Source: Chlorokybus atmophyticus
Taxonomy: Eukaryota > Plantae > Mesostigma and Chlorokybus algae
Reading direction: 5' to 3'
NCBI GenBank assembly: GCA_009103225.1
Contig: RHPI01003369.1
Coordinates: 565,500 to 629,499 of the forward strand
DNA: 64,000 bases
Shown here: in pieces, positions 27,083 to 38,919 of the stretch
Numbering within the stretch: position 1 is the first letter of the stretch
Layout of the letters: every line of letters begins with the position of its first letter
The notes under the pieces: model-generated
What the model saw: only the letters and a program-made list of their open reading frames with translations
What the model was told of the DNA's origin: nothing
Database searches by the model: none
Position numbers and translations under genes: made by a program

Positions 27083-28719
27083 TTGTTCCCCCTCAAAGAA
27101 GGCAGCGCCCGACACCGTTAATCAGATAACGCCAACATCGGATCCGATCCCGAAGAGGGACGAGGGTTGCACACTGAAGACATGCTGCCTCACGCCCTGT
27201 TAGTAATGCGGTGGGCACACACGCTAGCGAGTTGCATTCCAAAAAAACCTGGCTTTATCAAGTTCCTTTCGGGCTCACCCACGTGTTGTGCTCAACACCA
27301 TACCCTTTCCACTTGATCAGATATGACGTGCATCCACGCTTATCAATCTTATAATCAAGTATATCCTCCACATCATATTCCGGGCCCCTCACTGTCATCC
27401 AGAACAACAGCAGTAGGTGGGGGTTGAGTCCGTCAGTACAATAGGCTGCAAAGAGGCTCACGGAAAAGACATCATGTATCTTTTCCATCGATGCTGGCAA
27501 CTCAAACCGGTATGCAAGTTTGCCAACTCGCTCGCGTACTGCGACGGTACTACAAAGCGTGGCATGAGTTTGCGGGTACCCTTTGCTTTAAATGACAAGT
27601 TCTTGGTGCTTAGCAACACCATGTCACCAATGTCAAACTCAACATTACGCCGATGCTTATTAGCATACGCTTTGCATCGATCTTGCACCGCATGCATGCA
27701 CTCACGTGCTCGTTGCGTGCTTGATTGCAAGTCAATTGCAAGATTGCATGCAGCTGGCACCTTATCATTAGGTGGCATCTTTATATCAGCCACCCCCAGT
27801 GGGTGTTTGCTATGGTTACCCAAGAAGGGTGTGTTGTTGATGCTCGCTTGCCAAGCATTACTTATGGCAAACTTTGCCATGGCCAAGTAAACATCCCAAT
27901 CAGTTTAATTACGTGCAACGTAATGTTGCAAAATCTCTTCCACAATCTGGTTGGCACATTTGGTTTGCCCCTCCGTCTGAGGATGAAACGCAGTGCTCAT
28001 GTCATGGTCAATGTGTACGAAGACAGACACTAATCTCAAAAATTAAGACGTAAATCTCGGAGCTCTATCCGACGCAATGTTGCATGGCAAACCATGCAAA
28101 CGGAACACTGAGGAGAGGATCAGCCACCACAAATCCCACAATCGTTGTATGGCCTGAGGTAGTCTTTGGTAACTCAGTAATGAGGTTCATATTGACACTC
28201 CCAACTCATCATCAGCAATGGGATAGGCATTCGTTGCAGAAGGCCAGACATTTTTTGCCGTCTCGGCTTGTTGCGCTAACATGCATCGCTTGTCGCAACA
28301 TACCGATCGACATCCACTGTAACCTGGCCCAGTAAAAGTGTTGTTGGGTAGCAGCGGTAGTCTTGGACCGCCCAAAATGATCAGCATGCGGGGGGTCATG
28401 CATACTAGTGATACACTCACTGCGCAAACCATTATGATCAGGTATGGCAAAAGCATTGCCCTTGTACCATAGTCCATCCCGCATCTCAAGGCCCTTTACG
28501 TGTTCATGGTTATCAAACCAAGGGTCACATTTGTACCCAGTCTTGACACAAGACGAGAATGATTTGTCCGGTGTAACCGTCGCAATATTTTTCCCCTGCC
28601 GGCCGATCAAATATCGGCAACGGCCGTGCACCTGGAGATACTTATTTAGACTGTCGTGGCTCAGTCCACCTATAATCTCGTTACACGTGCCTGAGTATAA
28701 CACCCGTCCCCGGCCGTTT

Positions 28720-30127
28720 ACACAAAGGGACTAACTTGGACGGACAGGTACCTGTCAGTTACGTACTCGTTAGGCAAAAGGGACTTAACCTAACTAACCG
28801 GTACCTGTTGGTTAGGTACAGTTAGTGTACCGGTGACTGTACACTAACTTAGTGTGACTAACAGGTACCTGATGGTACCTTTTCCCTACCAACCGTTATT
28901 GATAGGTATGTCAAAAGGTACCTGTTAGTACCGTTCATGATTAAATACTCAAATGCGTGACAAGCAAGACGGCGACTAAAAGAAAATACAGTATATATTG
29001 CAAGTTACAAAAGTACTACAATGTATGCACAATCTGAACTACCTATTGTGAGCTACTACTACCATTACTACTAACCTAGTCTAAGGCCTTAATAGAAACC
29101 GGCGCTCCTGCACCGCGCTCCACCTCCGCCGCCGCTCGTTATCCACCGCCGCTCCTGCAAAGCACAATGCAATTAATCAAGCGCTGTCAATAGAAACATA
29201 CACAACCTTCACACTCGCATGCTGGCGCTTGCCATACCGCCGCCGCCGCCGCTGCCTAGTTTGGCTTGGCCTAATTTGGTCTGGCCAGGGCCGCCCTGAG
29301 ACAAGAATGGCAATTAGCTTGCATGCGCATAGCAATGTCAGCATACAAGCTTACTTCCTGTAGGCCGTCACCGTCGCCGCCGCCATCGCCTAGCGCTCAC
29401 CTATTCAACACTTCAAGCCGTTGAGCGTTTCAATGACTTGGGCTGCCCAAAACATCTAAATGCTCAACGGTACAATGGCACCGTCGTACCATTGAAATGG
29501 TACGATGATGTTATTATAGCAGTGGAAATTTTGTACCATTAATATAGTACGATAGTTGCATTGTACCACCGTCCCGACTTACCGGCATTACTCGCATATA
29601 GGGACGGGCGGTAACTTGCTTGCATAACCGTTAGGTCGCCGCCGCGTTAAGTGCACGTTCGGCGGTCGACCGTCACTTAATAGACGCGATAAGGTCATCT
29701 GATAGGGACCAACGATGACTGGCTTGCCACAGTAGGCAGGCCGTTGCGCATACTTTCCGACGTTCAAGGTATGACCAACGGTCGGCCGTCACTGTATGTG
29801 ACGAAAACGTGACTTATTTGCTATACAGATAGGTCGCCATCGCGCAAATGGGACGATCGACAATCGGCCGTCATTTCAAAGTGCGGTGTTGCCGTCACAG
29901 GCAGGCCGCCATTGATTGTACCTGTTGGCCGACCGCTTGCCGTTGGTATATGTTGCTTAATAGTAACGACCGTCATAAAAAGTCCCTATATGGACCAATC
30001 CATTACTTCAGGTAGAATCAGGCAGGGTCAGGCACCCGTCAGTCCCTCAATCCCTTGTCAGTGACTGTGTAAAATTTGCGACGACAGCAAAAAAGGCATT
30101 GATGTATGCCCGAATGTTGTTAAGACG
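28720..30127. mobile_element. Unclassified ~1.4-kb non-coding insertion splitting chromovirus A between RNase H and integrase (putative non-autonomous DNA transposon)
   Basis: The element-A reading stops after ...SRFDFE (~30130) and resumes at KRPGR... (~28715). The insert has no long ORF. It has AGGGACT twice at the left (28725, 28779), inverted AGTCCCT twice at the right (29981, 30041), and clustered GGTACC and CCGTCA motifs. Boundaries are approximate. Confidence 0.6.
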
Positions 30128-30470
30128 GTTCGAAATCAAAACGAGATGAAAACTCAATCAAGCGTGCTTTGCGATGAGAAAGCATTGGCTGAGTTTGAAA
30201 GGACACGAGAGGGTTGTAATAAGTTATCACTGTAAAGTGTACGCCCTCGAAAAAGCAACGCCATGTTTTCAGTGCATGCATCACACTTAATAGTTCTTGC
30301 CCAGTAGTGGTATAATGTACCACTAGTTGTAGTTGACCTCAGCCGGAGTGAACTTGCGGGACGTATAAGCATACACGAGATCATCTTGCATGAGCACCGC
30401 ACCACATCCGAACTTGGAAGCACCACTAATCACAGTGAAATGTTTCTTCCAATTTGGCATTGCCAGTACA

Positions 30471-31151
30471 TGTAACAGTCGAGGCCAAGTTTCATGATTT
30501 GATGACCTTTTTTAGCCCATTTATCGAGCACCACGTTTTCATGACTTGTGGCAGATATCGGCGAGTTATGAGTCTGCCGCGGATATCGACCGGGGCCCCA
30601 GGACCAGTCCGGAAGGTGCCAGACAACGGAGGGGCCAGTCGAGAAGGCCTCGACCAGATTTCTGGAAGGGCCTGGCGCCAAGTAGTATAACTTGACCATA
30701 TGAGCACCTAACCAGGAGTTCTTTGGCGCGTAAGAAAGGTCTAGAAGTATACTACAAGGTTCCGCAATAACATCTTAGCATCTAGTTTTGTGTAGCACGA
30801 AAATCGTCTAGACAGTAGCATGTGCAAACTGATAGGTATAAAAGCGACATTCCACAATGTGCAATACAACCTTTAGCTCCCTAGTTTCTGGTGTGCAAGC
30901 TTGGTGGTGGTTAGCAGGGGTTGCTAGCATGTGTCCACTGGTGGGTGTGTGCTTGTTTGTGTGACTATCCAAGGCGCTACACAAGTCAGTGTGTAGCTTG
31001 GAGCGCATGCGCGTGCGCACGCGAGTGGCGGGGCGCGCGTGTGTGCTTGGCAGAGGGGGCAAGGTTCTGGTGTGAATACCGTGTCTTGGTGAGAGAGTTG
31101 TTGTTGTTGATTGGACCAACTCACAGGTGATAAGGCACGAGCACCGTCACA
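30471..31151 (+). repeat. 5' LTR of chromovirus B
   Basis: TGTAACAGTCGAGGCC...GCACCGTCACA, highly similar to 43991-44648. Confidence 0.95.
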
Positions 31152-33140
31152 ACTGGTATTGGAGCACGGTTTACGGTGAGAGAGGAAGTGTGTGGGCGGT
31201 TACACTTTTCATCCGGAAGCGGAGTGTAATATGTTAGTGGAGATGGAGAATGCTCGCATGGAAGAGCTTCAAGCTGCCATCTTAGCATTGAGGGAAGAGC
31301 TTCATCACACTCAAGCGGCGGCACAAGCACAACGCGAGGCGTATGAGCATGCGATGGCGCGTGTACAAGTTCCCATGGCATCAAGCTTGCGCGTGCATGT
31401 GAAGGTGCCAAAGCCCAAGCCATTCAAGGGTCAACGTGATAGAAATGCAGTAGACGAATGGACTTTCCAAGTATCGTTGTGGTTGAAGCTCACGGAGGTG
31501 CCCACGCATCTGCACATAGAGGTTGCAGCGACATTGCTTGAAGGTGCAGCACTTGTATGGTGGAGACATCGTTGTACGCGTGTTGCAAGTGGTTTGGCGC
31601 TACCATTGACCACCATGGAAGATATGGCTCTGGAGATCAGTTTGTTCCTGTGGAGAGTGTGAAGGCCGCACGCGATAAAATTGCAGCCCTTGTGCAAACG
31701 GGGTCGGTGACGGCGTACACGGCTACGTTTAATCATTTGATGATGTCCATACCCAACATGACCGAGGAAGAGCAATTTGACAAGTACACCCATGGTTTGA
31801 AACCGTTGAGGCGCAAAGAAGTGGAGCTACGGGACCCTAAAACTTTGGCGGAAGCTATACGCATCGCGGAGCGTCTCGACGCGCTGTACTTCAAGTCTTC
31901 TGCAACAAACGCTGATCGGAGGCGTGGGAGCAAGCAAGAGCGTGGTGATCAGCCTAGGGGAAGCTTTGAACATGCATGGACACGAAGGGAACCAAGTTCA
32001 CAACTTGCAAAGGAAGGTGGAGCTGATTTTGGACCATCATGAATGGAGGTGGGTGCCGTACACACGCGTAACGGCGTGGCGAAACACGGTGGATGTGGTG
32101 AGGCAGGTAGCAGCGTGTGCAAGTGTTACGTGTGCGGTTCAACAGAACATTTGGCGTTCAATTGCTTGAAGCGGCACACGCAAACATCTGCATCAGCTGG
32201 CAACACATATCGCGACGCATCAACGCAATGGAGGAAGATGGCGTGGAGAATCAGGGAAACGACTCCCCCCAGTAGGTAAGGAAGCTATTGCTGGGGATGA
32301 GGGGGAGCCTCACGCACAAATGAAGATGTGACATCGCAACCACGGAAGCAAATGAAGGTGGCTATGAACACGCCCATGGTGGTAAGTTATGCAAGCGAGG
32401 AGGCAACAAAGTATGTTGGCACGCATTTGCGATGACCGAGGACAATGGAGGGAGTGCAACCTTATGGTTGATAGTGGAGCAAACAGCAACTTCATGAGTG
32501 AGAAGGTTGCACGGCGCTACGGTTGGCTTTCACCATTACGAGGAGGAGACGTGAAGCTCGCTAATGGGGAACCACCCTCTAGAGGTACCGGTGCTGCGTT
32601 TTTAACCAAGGAGTTGTGTGTTCACATGGGGAAGTTGAAAAAGTGAATGTGCACTTCTGCTGCATCACCCTACGGAACGGGTTTGATGGAATTTTGGGAC
32701 CGTGGCTGTGGCAACCTAACCCATCTATCGACTGGAGGAAGCGTGTGCTCACCATCAACGGAAACGATGGAGAGTCCATTCAAGGTCTACACGCGTGCTT
32801 CATTGAAGTGGAAAACCACTCTTGCGAGGAAGCAAGAAGGGCTTTGTCATATCTGCATCGGACGTCGCTAAGGCAAGTATGCACACGTGTGTTGAGCATC
32901 TGCAAGGGGATACACCGGAAAGGCATGGCACGCGCAATCAGGTGGGGTTAGCATTGCTCAAGTTTCCTATGTGCAACTGAGGAGGCTGCTTTCTCCACGA
33001 AAAGCGAAGGCTGCATGGTTGTGCAAGGTGCGTCGATGCACATTAAAGTCAGCACCGAAGCTGAGTGACTGCACTGAGATAGCCACAATGGACCCCACGA
33101 TAGAGGTGTGCAAACTTGTTTGGGACTACCAAGATATCAA

Positions 33141-34597
33141 CATCATTAGAAATGGGTTTCGGAAAGTTAGGCTGGATGCGCAACTTTGTAATGGACGGAG
33201 CCGGATATAAATTGCGGATTTCGTAAACTTCACGGAGGTTTTGTATATATGTTGTGGCTGTAGCCGAAATATTGTTACAACCTGTCACAAACGGCACTCC
33301 GCTGGTGACAATTGTAAGCACTGAATCCTCAACAACGTTGAGGATTCGGCATTGACGTAATTGAAGGTTTAGTTCGTGAGAAAGGCATGTGTAAATCGTG
33401 ATTACGGTTGTAACCAAATCATTAACAATGCGACTGTACTCCACGCAATTGAGGACGCGGCGGTAGTATAAAAATGCATTGACGCTGCATGCTAAAGCTA
33501 TACACATCATCATGTACGTTGTGATCGATTCCATTAATAATACACCAATGTATATACTTAACAGGGTGTGTGTTACAATTGTTGCTTGCACTAGTACTAA
33601 CCCTGATGATTTCATGACCTCATCATTGCCAAGATCAACCCCACGGCCTATCAATGGCTTGCCCCGCGGCTTGCTAGTAGCAGGCCGCGGGGCAAGCAAG
33701 TACATGTAGAAGGCTGCTACTTGCATGTGTTATGATTAGTACAAGCACATGAGTTAAATACTTCCCCAACTCACCGCAAACAACCTTGCCATAACAGGTG
33801 ATGCAGGGAACTTAATGCAAACATCTGCCAATTATAAAGCGCTGCGATTGGACGGGACGGCAGGTCTAACACATTGTTCATCTTGAAGTCACCTACATCC
33901 CCGTAATTTCCTTCACGATTATGGATTAAGAATAAAAACACAGGTACCGGTAGCCGTATACATATAAACGGCTACCGGCTTATAGATGTATATACATGTA
34001 TACATATATACATTGTATATACATATGTATATGTATATATATATACATATATATATGTATGACTACTATATCCATGCGTGCAATCCATTCAACAATTCTT
34101 GCGACATGTAAGACAAGTAGGGCAACTTAAAAAGGTAATGAGAGGTACACTTGCTATGCTACGTGTCTTGTGTCGTTGTAGTCTAGTTGGTTAGGGTTTA
34201 GGTCGTAAGTCGTTGCGTGCAAACCCGACAAGCGCATCCGCACACGTTCGAAACCCGGCGACGTGGTCGCCAATCCCGCTGCGTTTTTGGTTTGCCGCAA
34301 ACTGTGGCCATAACATTTTGGGGTTAGATCACGCATTAAGTTTGATCCCCTTAATACATCATCCAACCAACAAATAGTACAGGATGTGGACATTATTGAG
34401 TTCAAGAGAAGACGGACTCCGAATGTAATGCACAATAAGTACTTGACCTTAATGGCAGCCAAATACCAAACTAAATTGTGACTGCATCAGGTAAAAATGC
34501 AAAATCCGACACGTTGCTTGCATGCGGACTCCTAATTAAGTTATTGCGAGATCTCCATTTAAGTTGAGGCAAGGCCGAACTGTTGGGGGGCCACTTC
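33141..34597. other. AT-rich ~1.45-kb insertion in chromovirus B pol (between protease and RT), flanked by TATCAA direct repeats
   Basis: Pol motif EVCKLVWDYQDI (33.10-33.14 kb) resumes as VDGLPARLPPSRSVDHRVELIEG (~34.61 kb). TATCAA occurs at 33135-33140 and 34598-34603. The insert holds an intronless minus ORF, two perfect 11-bp hairpins and a TA-rich tract. Confidence 0.65.
33981..34060. repeat. TA/TACA-rich microsatellite
   Basis: tatagatgtatatacatgtatacatatatacattgtatatacatatgtatatgtatatatatatacatatatatatgtatg. Confidence 0.85.
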
Positions 34598-35479
34598 TAT
34601 CAATGCAAGGTGGACGGACTTCCAGCTAGGTTGCCACCCTCACGGAGCGTTGATCACCGTGTAGAGTTGATTGAGGGCGTGCACAAGCCATCCTACAGGC
34701 TTGTATACAAGTTGTCACCTTTGGAGTTGGAGGAGGCCAAGAAGCAGATAGCGGATCTTCTTAATTTAAAAGATCCGCTATCTGCTTCTTGGCCTCCCCT
34801 CACTCCAAAATGGATATTTGGCTGGATGTAACCTTTCTCTAAAGAGAGGTTACATCCAGCCAAGTAAGTCACCTTATGGTGCACCAATACTATTCGTGCG
34901 AAAGACATTAGGCGAAATTTCAATGAAAAGGTGCAGTAGACGGCCGGCGATTTTCGCAACGCGCACCGCCGCCTTACTAGGGCTTTTTCGGACATACCGG
35001 TCGCGTTTAGACTCAAGACTGAAGGTCACATTGGGCAAAGTCTACGACTCAGGTAACTTGTGCTGGTCTTAACAACTGTTGGCGCCAAAGTTTAGCCCCA
35101 ACCTATACCATTAGAATGCAGTGTTTACACAGCAAGAATGAGTTTATGTTACTGTTTTGGGCAGATGTTGAGGGGGGTTTTCTGTGTATATTTGCAGCTC
35201 TTAGGCATTAGATTAGATACTCCTGTTACCAAAAGCTGCATTAACTACCACATTAACTCCCGCTAAGCTATCAGGTAGCTGGGGCGGCGGAGGAGGCAGT
35301 GCCAGCAGAGGCGGCAGGGAGGCAGTGGTGTAGGCATGTGGGCGAGGGCATTGGAGTGGCTGGTTGCATAGTAAGGCACATCAGCCGGCTACCTGCCCAG
35401 CTGGAGCTCCTTTGTGCGGCCTGGTGAGGTGAGGTTCGTGCACGACGCTGCCATCGCCGATGCTTATAGGCACGCGTGC

Positions 35480-35815
35480 ATGTGTCTGCACAGGGTGCAC
35501 GCGTGTGTTCATGCGTGTGCGTAAGGTATGATAGGCAGTGAGTGATGTGCGTACTTGTTCTGCAACGCTCTCGCTCTTGCTGGTGTGCATCTGCGCTGTC
35601 ATGTGCATAGCATGTTCAACTACGTACTTGTTGCACCCGTGACAGGTGCATGCCAGGCATGCGTGTATTCATGCTTGTGCGTGAGGTGCGAATGGAAGTG
35701 AGTGCCACAGTGTTGATGTGCGTACTTGTTTTGCAATGCACTCACTGTTGCGATATGGGTGTTTGTGATCACAGGTGCACAGCATGTCCCACTACGTACC
35801 TGTTGCACCCATGGC
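35480..35815. repeat. Imperfect tandem duplication at the transposase 5' end
   Basis: GTGATGTGCGTACTTGTT(C/T)TGCAA and ACTACGTAC(T/C)TGTTGCACCC each occur twice, ~165 bp apart. Confidence 0.6.
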
Positions 35816-38800
35816 TGCTGACGCATCCCTGCGCCTTAGTCCTGTCAAGAAAAAGCGCAAGTTTGACATACATGTGCGTGTTGACCCGGAGCTGCAACAA
35901 GGCTGGTTGCATTGGACAGTTGGCAGCAACTATGCCTGTCCTTTGCCATTCACTAATGCCACTGCACTGATTCGCTGGCTGGCTGGTGGCGGCTTGAATG
36001 CGTTCGTCACCCATCAGATACAAGCCAACAATCACCTCTATGGAGCACTCTCACGCCAGCAGTTTGCGAATGCTCAGCTGCAAACAGATGTTGCATTTAC
36101 CAAACAACAAGTGGAGCATTGGCAGCAGCAGGACGCGCTAGCACGCACTGAGATGGCAGAGGTAGAGAGGAAGTTTACGGCAGCAGCCGAGAAGCTTTCA
36201 ACTCTGCAACAGGAGTTGAAGGAGGCACAAAAGCTCGCAGCTGCTAGGCAATCTCGAAAGGACTTCAGTCAACTGAGCAAGCGAGGGCGAGCATATGCCA
36301 CCGTACATATCAAGTAAGTAATGTCACGCCCTACAACACTAGCTCAGCAACCATTGTAACGCAGCAAGCGGTCATGCATACTTGCAGTCAAGTCCGCACC
36401 GCATTGTGTCCAAGCTTTTACTAAGTTGTTGTGCTGCGCAGGGATACATTAGTCCCCGGCTGGCGCAGTTTAAGCGATGCTGATAGGGCTGAAGCCTTTG
36501 GGATAGCCTTTGCCATGTTGATTAAGACCAAGGAGATGAAGTGGGCGCTTGGCCACAGCAAGTATCTCGAGGTGATTAGGGCGTTGAAGGTATGCAGTCT
36601 TGAATAGCTGACTGTGATAACGATAAGCATGGATGCTGCATACAAGCGTTGGTTACATGTATGTGCGCACACATATGGTGTGTGTGTTTGTGTGTGCGCG
36701 CTTGTGCGTGTGTGCGTGCGCGCGTGCGTGCGTGTAGAGTGACGGACTCAACAGCATGTTTGACCATGTGGACATCAACGATATTTGCATGGTGTTGGAC
36801 ACCACTCGAGGAGAGCAGTCTTATGATGGCTTGTACAAGTTGCTGGCGCAAGCCTCTAGTGTTGCTGGCCTGAACATGCGTTTGCGAAGCAAGGATGACA
36901 AGGTGTCTGTGAACACTTGGCAGCTAGTGCAGGACAGGAGGTGAGATGCTGAGACCTTCAACACGCATGTAAGCACGCGCGTAAGCGCCAGCATGCATGC
37001 TTCCATGGCTCACGCACTGTCAAACACAAGCATGCATTGATGGTGCGTTTGCTTGATGCAGACACACCAACGACCAGACAACGGCAATTCCCATTGTCGA
37101 TACAGCCATTAATAATGGCAAACAGCTGGAGCTGGTGCGGATGTTGGATCTCTCCATTCGATTGCACAATCTACAACCAGGTGCCTTGCCGAAATGCCGA
37201 TAGTAACTTGCATAGTGTTGTTGGGTGGCACTTACTTGTTTGATTTGCAGATGTGCACTCGCCGTTGCAGATCTGCTTCTACTTAGACGAGACAACGGAA
37301 TATAACGACCGCAAGATCCAACGCATCTGTTTTTGAGTCATGAACCATGCCTTGGGGGTTGTCAACGGGACTGAGAGAGGCAAGGCCATGTCTGAGTATG
37401 ACATGCTACCAATCTCTGCGTTTCACGTGAAGAAGGAGAACCAGCAAGACATCATGGCCAATACCGAAGACATTCGATCATTCATACAACAACATGACGT
37501 GAGTGTGGAAGGCAGCACGCCCCTGCAGGTATGCAACATGTGGTGAGCGCTGTGGGTGGCAGCATTGACGATGGCTGATTCTGCTGCTGCTGGCTTGCTG
37601 CAGACATCGATGGGGGATTTTTTGATCGAATGCCATGTAGCTGGTGACTTGAAGACTCTTAAGATATGCGCGGGGTGCAGTTTGGGAGCCATGGCCAAAG
37701 AGCCCTGCTTGTACGGCCATTGCACACGTGACCATCGCGGTTTGCAAGCATGTGGGCTGCGAAGGGACTTTGCTGACACCGTCTTCCCTTTGCCCCCCGA
37801 GCGTATTCACATATGCACCATGCACGCGGACATGCGCATCGTAGAGAAGGTGCGCTTGGCATATGGCATACATCATTGAACATGACCGCACATGACACGC
37901 TGTTGTTTGCAAGGTTCTTTGGTTGCACATCAACTTCGCTTGGACCTTTGAGGGCGGTGACAACGACCAGTCACAAGCTCGCATTGCCAAGATTGAGAAG
38001 TTCCTGAGTTCCCTGTGCATTCAGGGAGGAAACTGCAAAATTGTAGCTGATGGCAAGGCCGGTCGTGAGCACTACCCCGCCAAGATATCCATGAAAGACA
38101 CGACGTGTCGAAAGCTTCTTTCTGGTACACATGGACACACATGAGCTTATACATGCATATTAGCAACCTACTAGGACTGACACTGGTTGTGGTATCAGGC
38201 GTTAATTATAGAAAGCTGCTGGCTGCTGAAGGTGATCCAAATCCCAGCCGACGTGCTGCGAAGCGAGAGGTCTGGGTGGCGCTGATAGCTCTAGCTGCGT
38301 ACTTTACCAATATGTCACTTGATGAGAGTCAGGTGGAGGCCTTCACCACATGCATCACGGATTTCATGGAGAAATTTGTTGCTTGTTGGGGAGAGCACCA
38401 TATCACCCACTACATGCACATTTTGTGGTGTCATGGCCCGGAATATGTGAGCACAGAGTCATCGTTGGCTGTATGGAGCACTCAATCTATGGAGAAGAGC
38501 CATTGGCGTTTCAAGGCAGCTTGGCAAGCTCACACTAACCATGGAGGAGGCACTGCGGAGAACTGTCCAATAGAGCAAGTCCTGCGTATGAGCTGCGATG
38601 TATACACCATAGGTTGCGAGCCAACTACTTGTGCGCATTAAGGCAGAAGTTGATGGAAGGGGACGACAACTTGCAATGGACTGTGCGCGGTTGGCGAACC
38701 GCGTATGGCAATAAAGTGGTGGGAACACAACTTTCGTCATTGCAAACCGCTACAGATTCCCTAGCTGATTTGGAGTTAGAGGTTGATATAGCAATAAAAG

Positions 38801-38844
38801 AACACTGGGACCAAATCGCTGCATTCTACAAGGAGGAAACATAG
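35784..38844 (+). pseudogene. RAG1/Transib-like (CMC-supergroup) DDE transposase, 8 exons, ~790 aa; one in-frame TGA and one frameshift
   Basis: Exons 35784-36313, 36442-36589, 36738-36940, 37062-37180, 37251-37528, 37604-37849, 37914-38124 and 38199-38844, all GT-AG and phase-compatible. Motifs: ICFYLDETT (D1), AGDLKTLKICAGCSLGAMAKEPCLYGHC (D2 + Zn), ICTMHADMRIVEK, ISMKDTTCRKLL, ITHYMHILWCHGPEYVSTESSLAVWSTQSMEKSH (HxxxxH + E). TGA at 37334-37336 (likely CGA>TGA); frameshift near 38590. Confidence 0.78.
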
Positions 38845-38919
38845 TGCAAGAACTGACTAACAATGCCATGATATGCTATACCTCACATATCATTCCAACA
38901 TGGCAGCATAACACTCAAC

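Noticed and set aside
34154-34462. RING-like start (SCTICWLDD...KCYGH) in the AT-rich insert
   Set aside because: The remaining Cys/His ligands are missing; probably chance.
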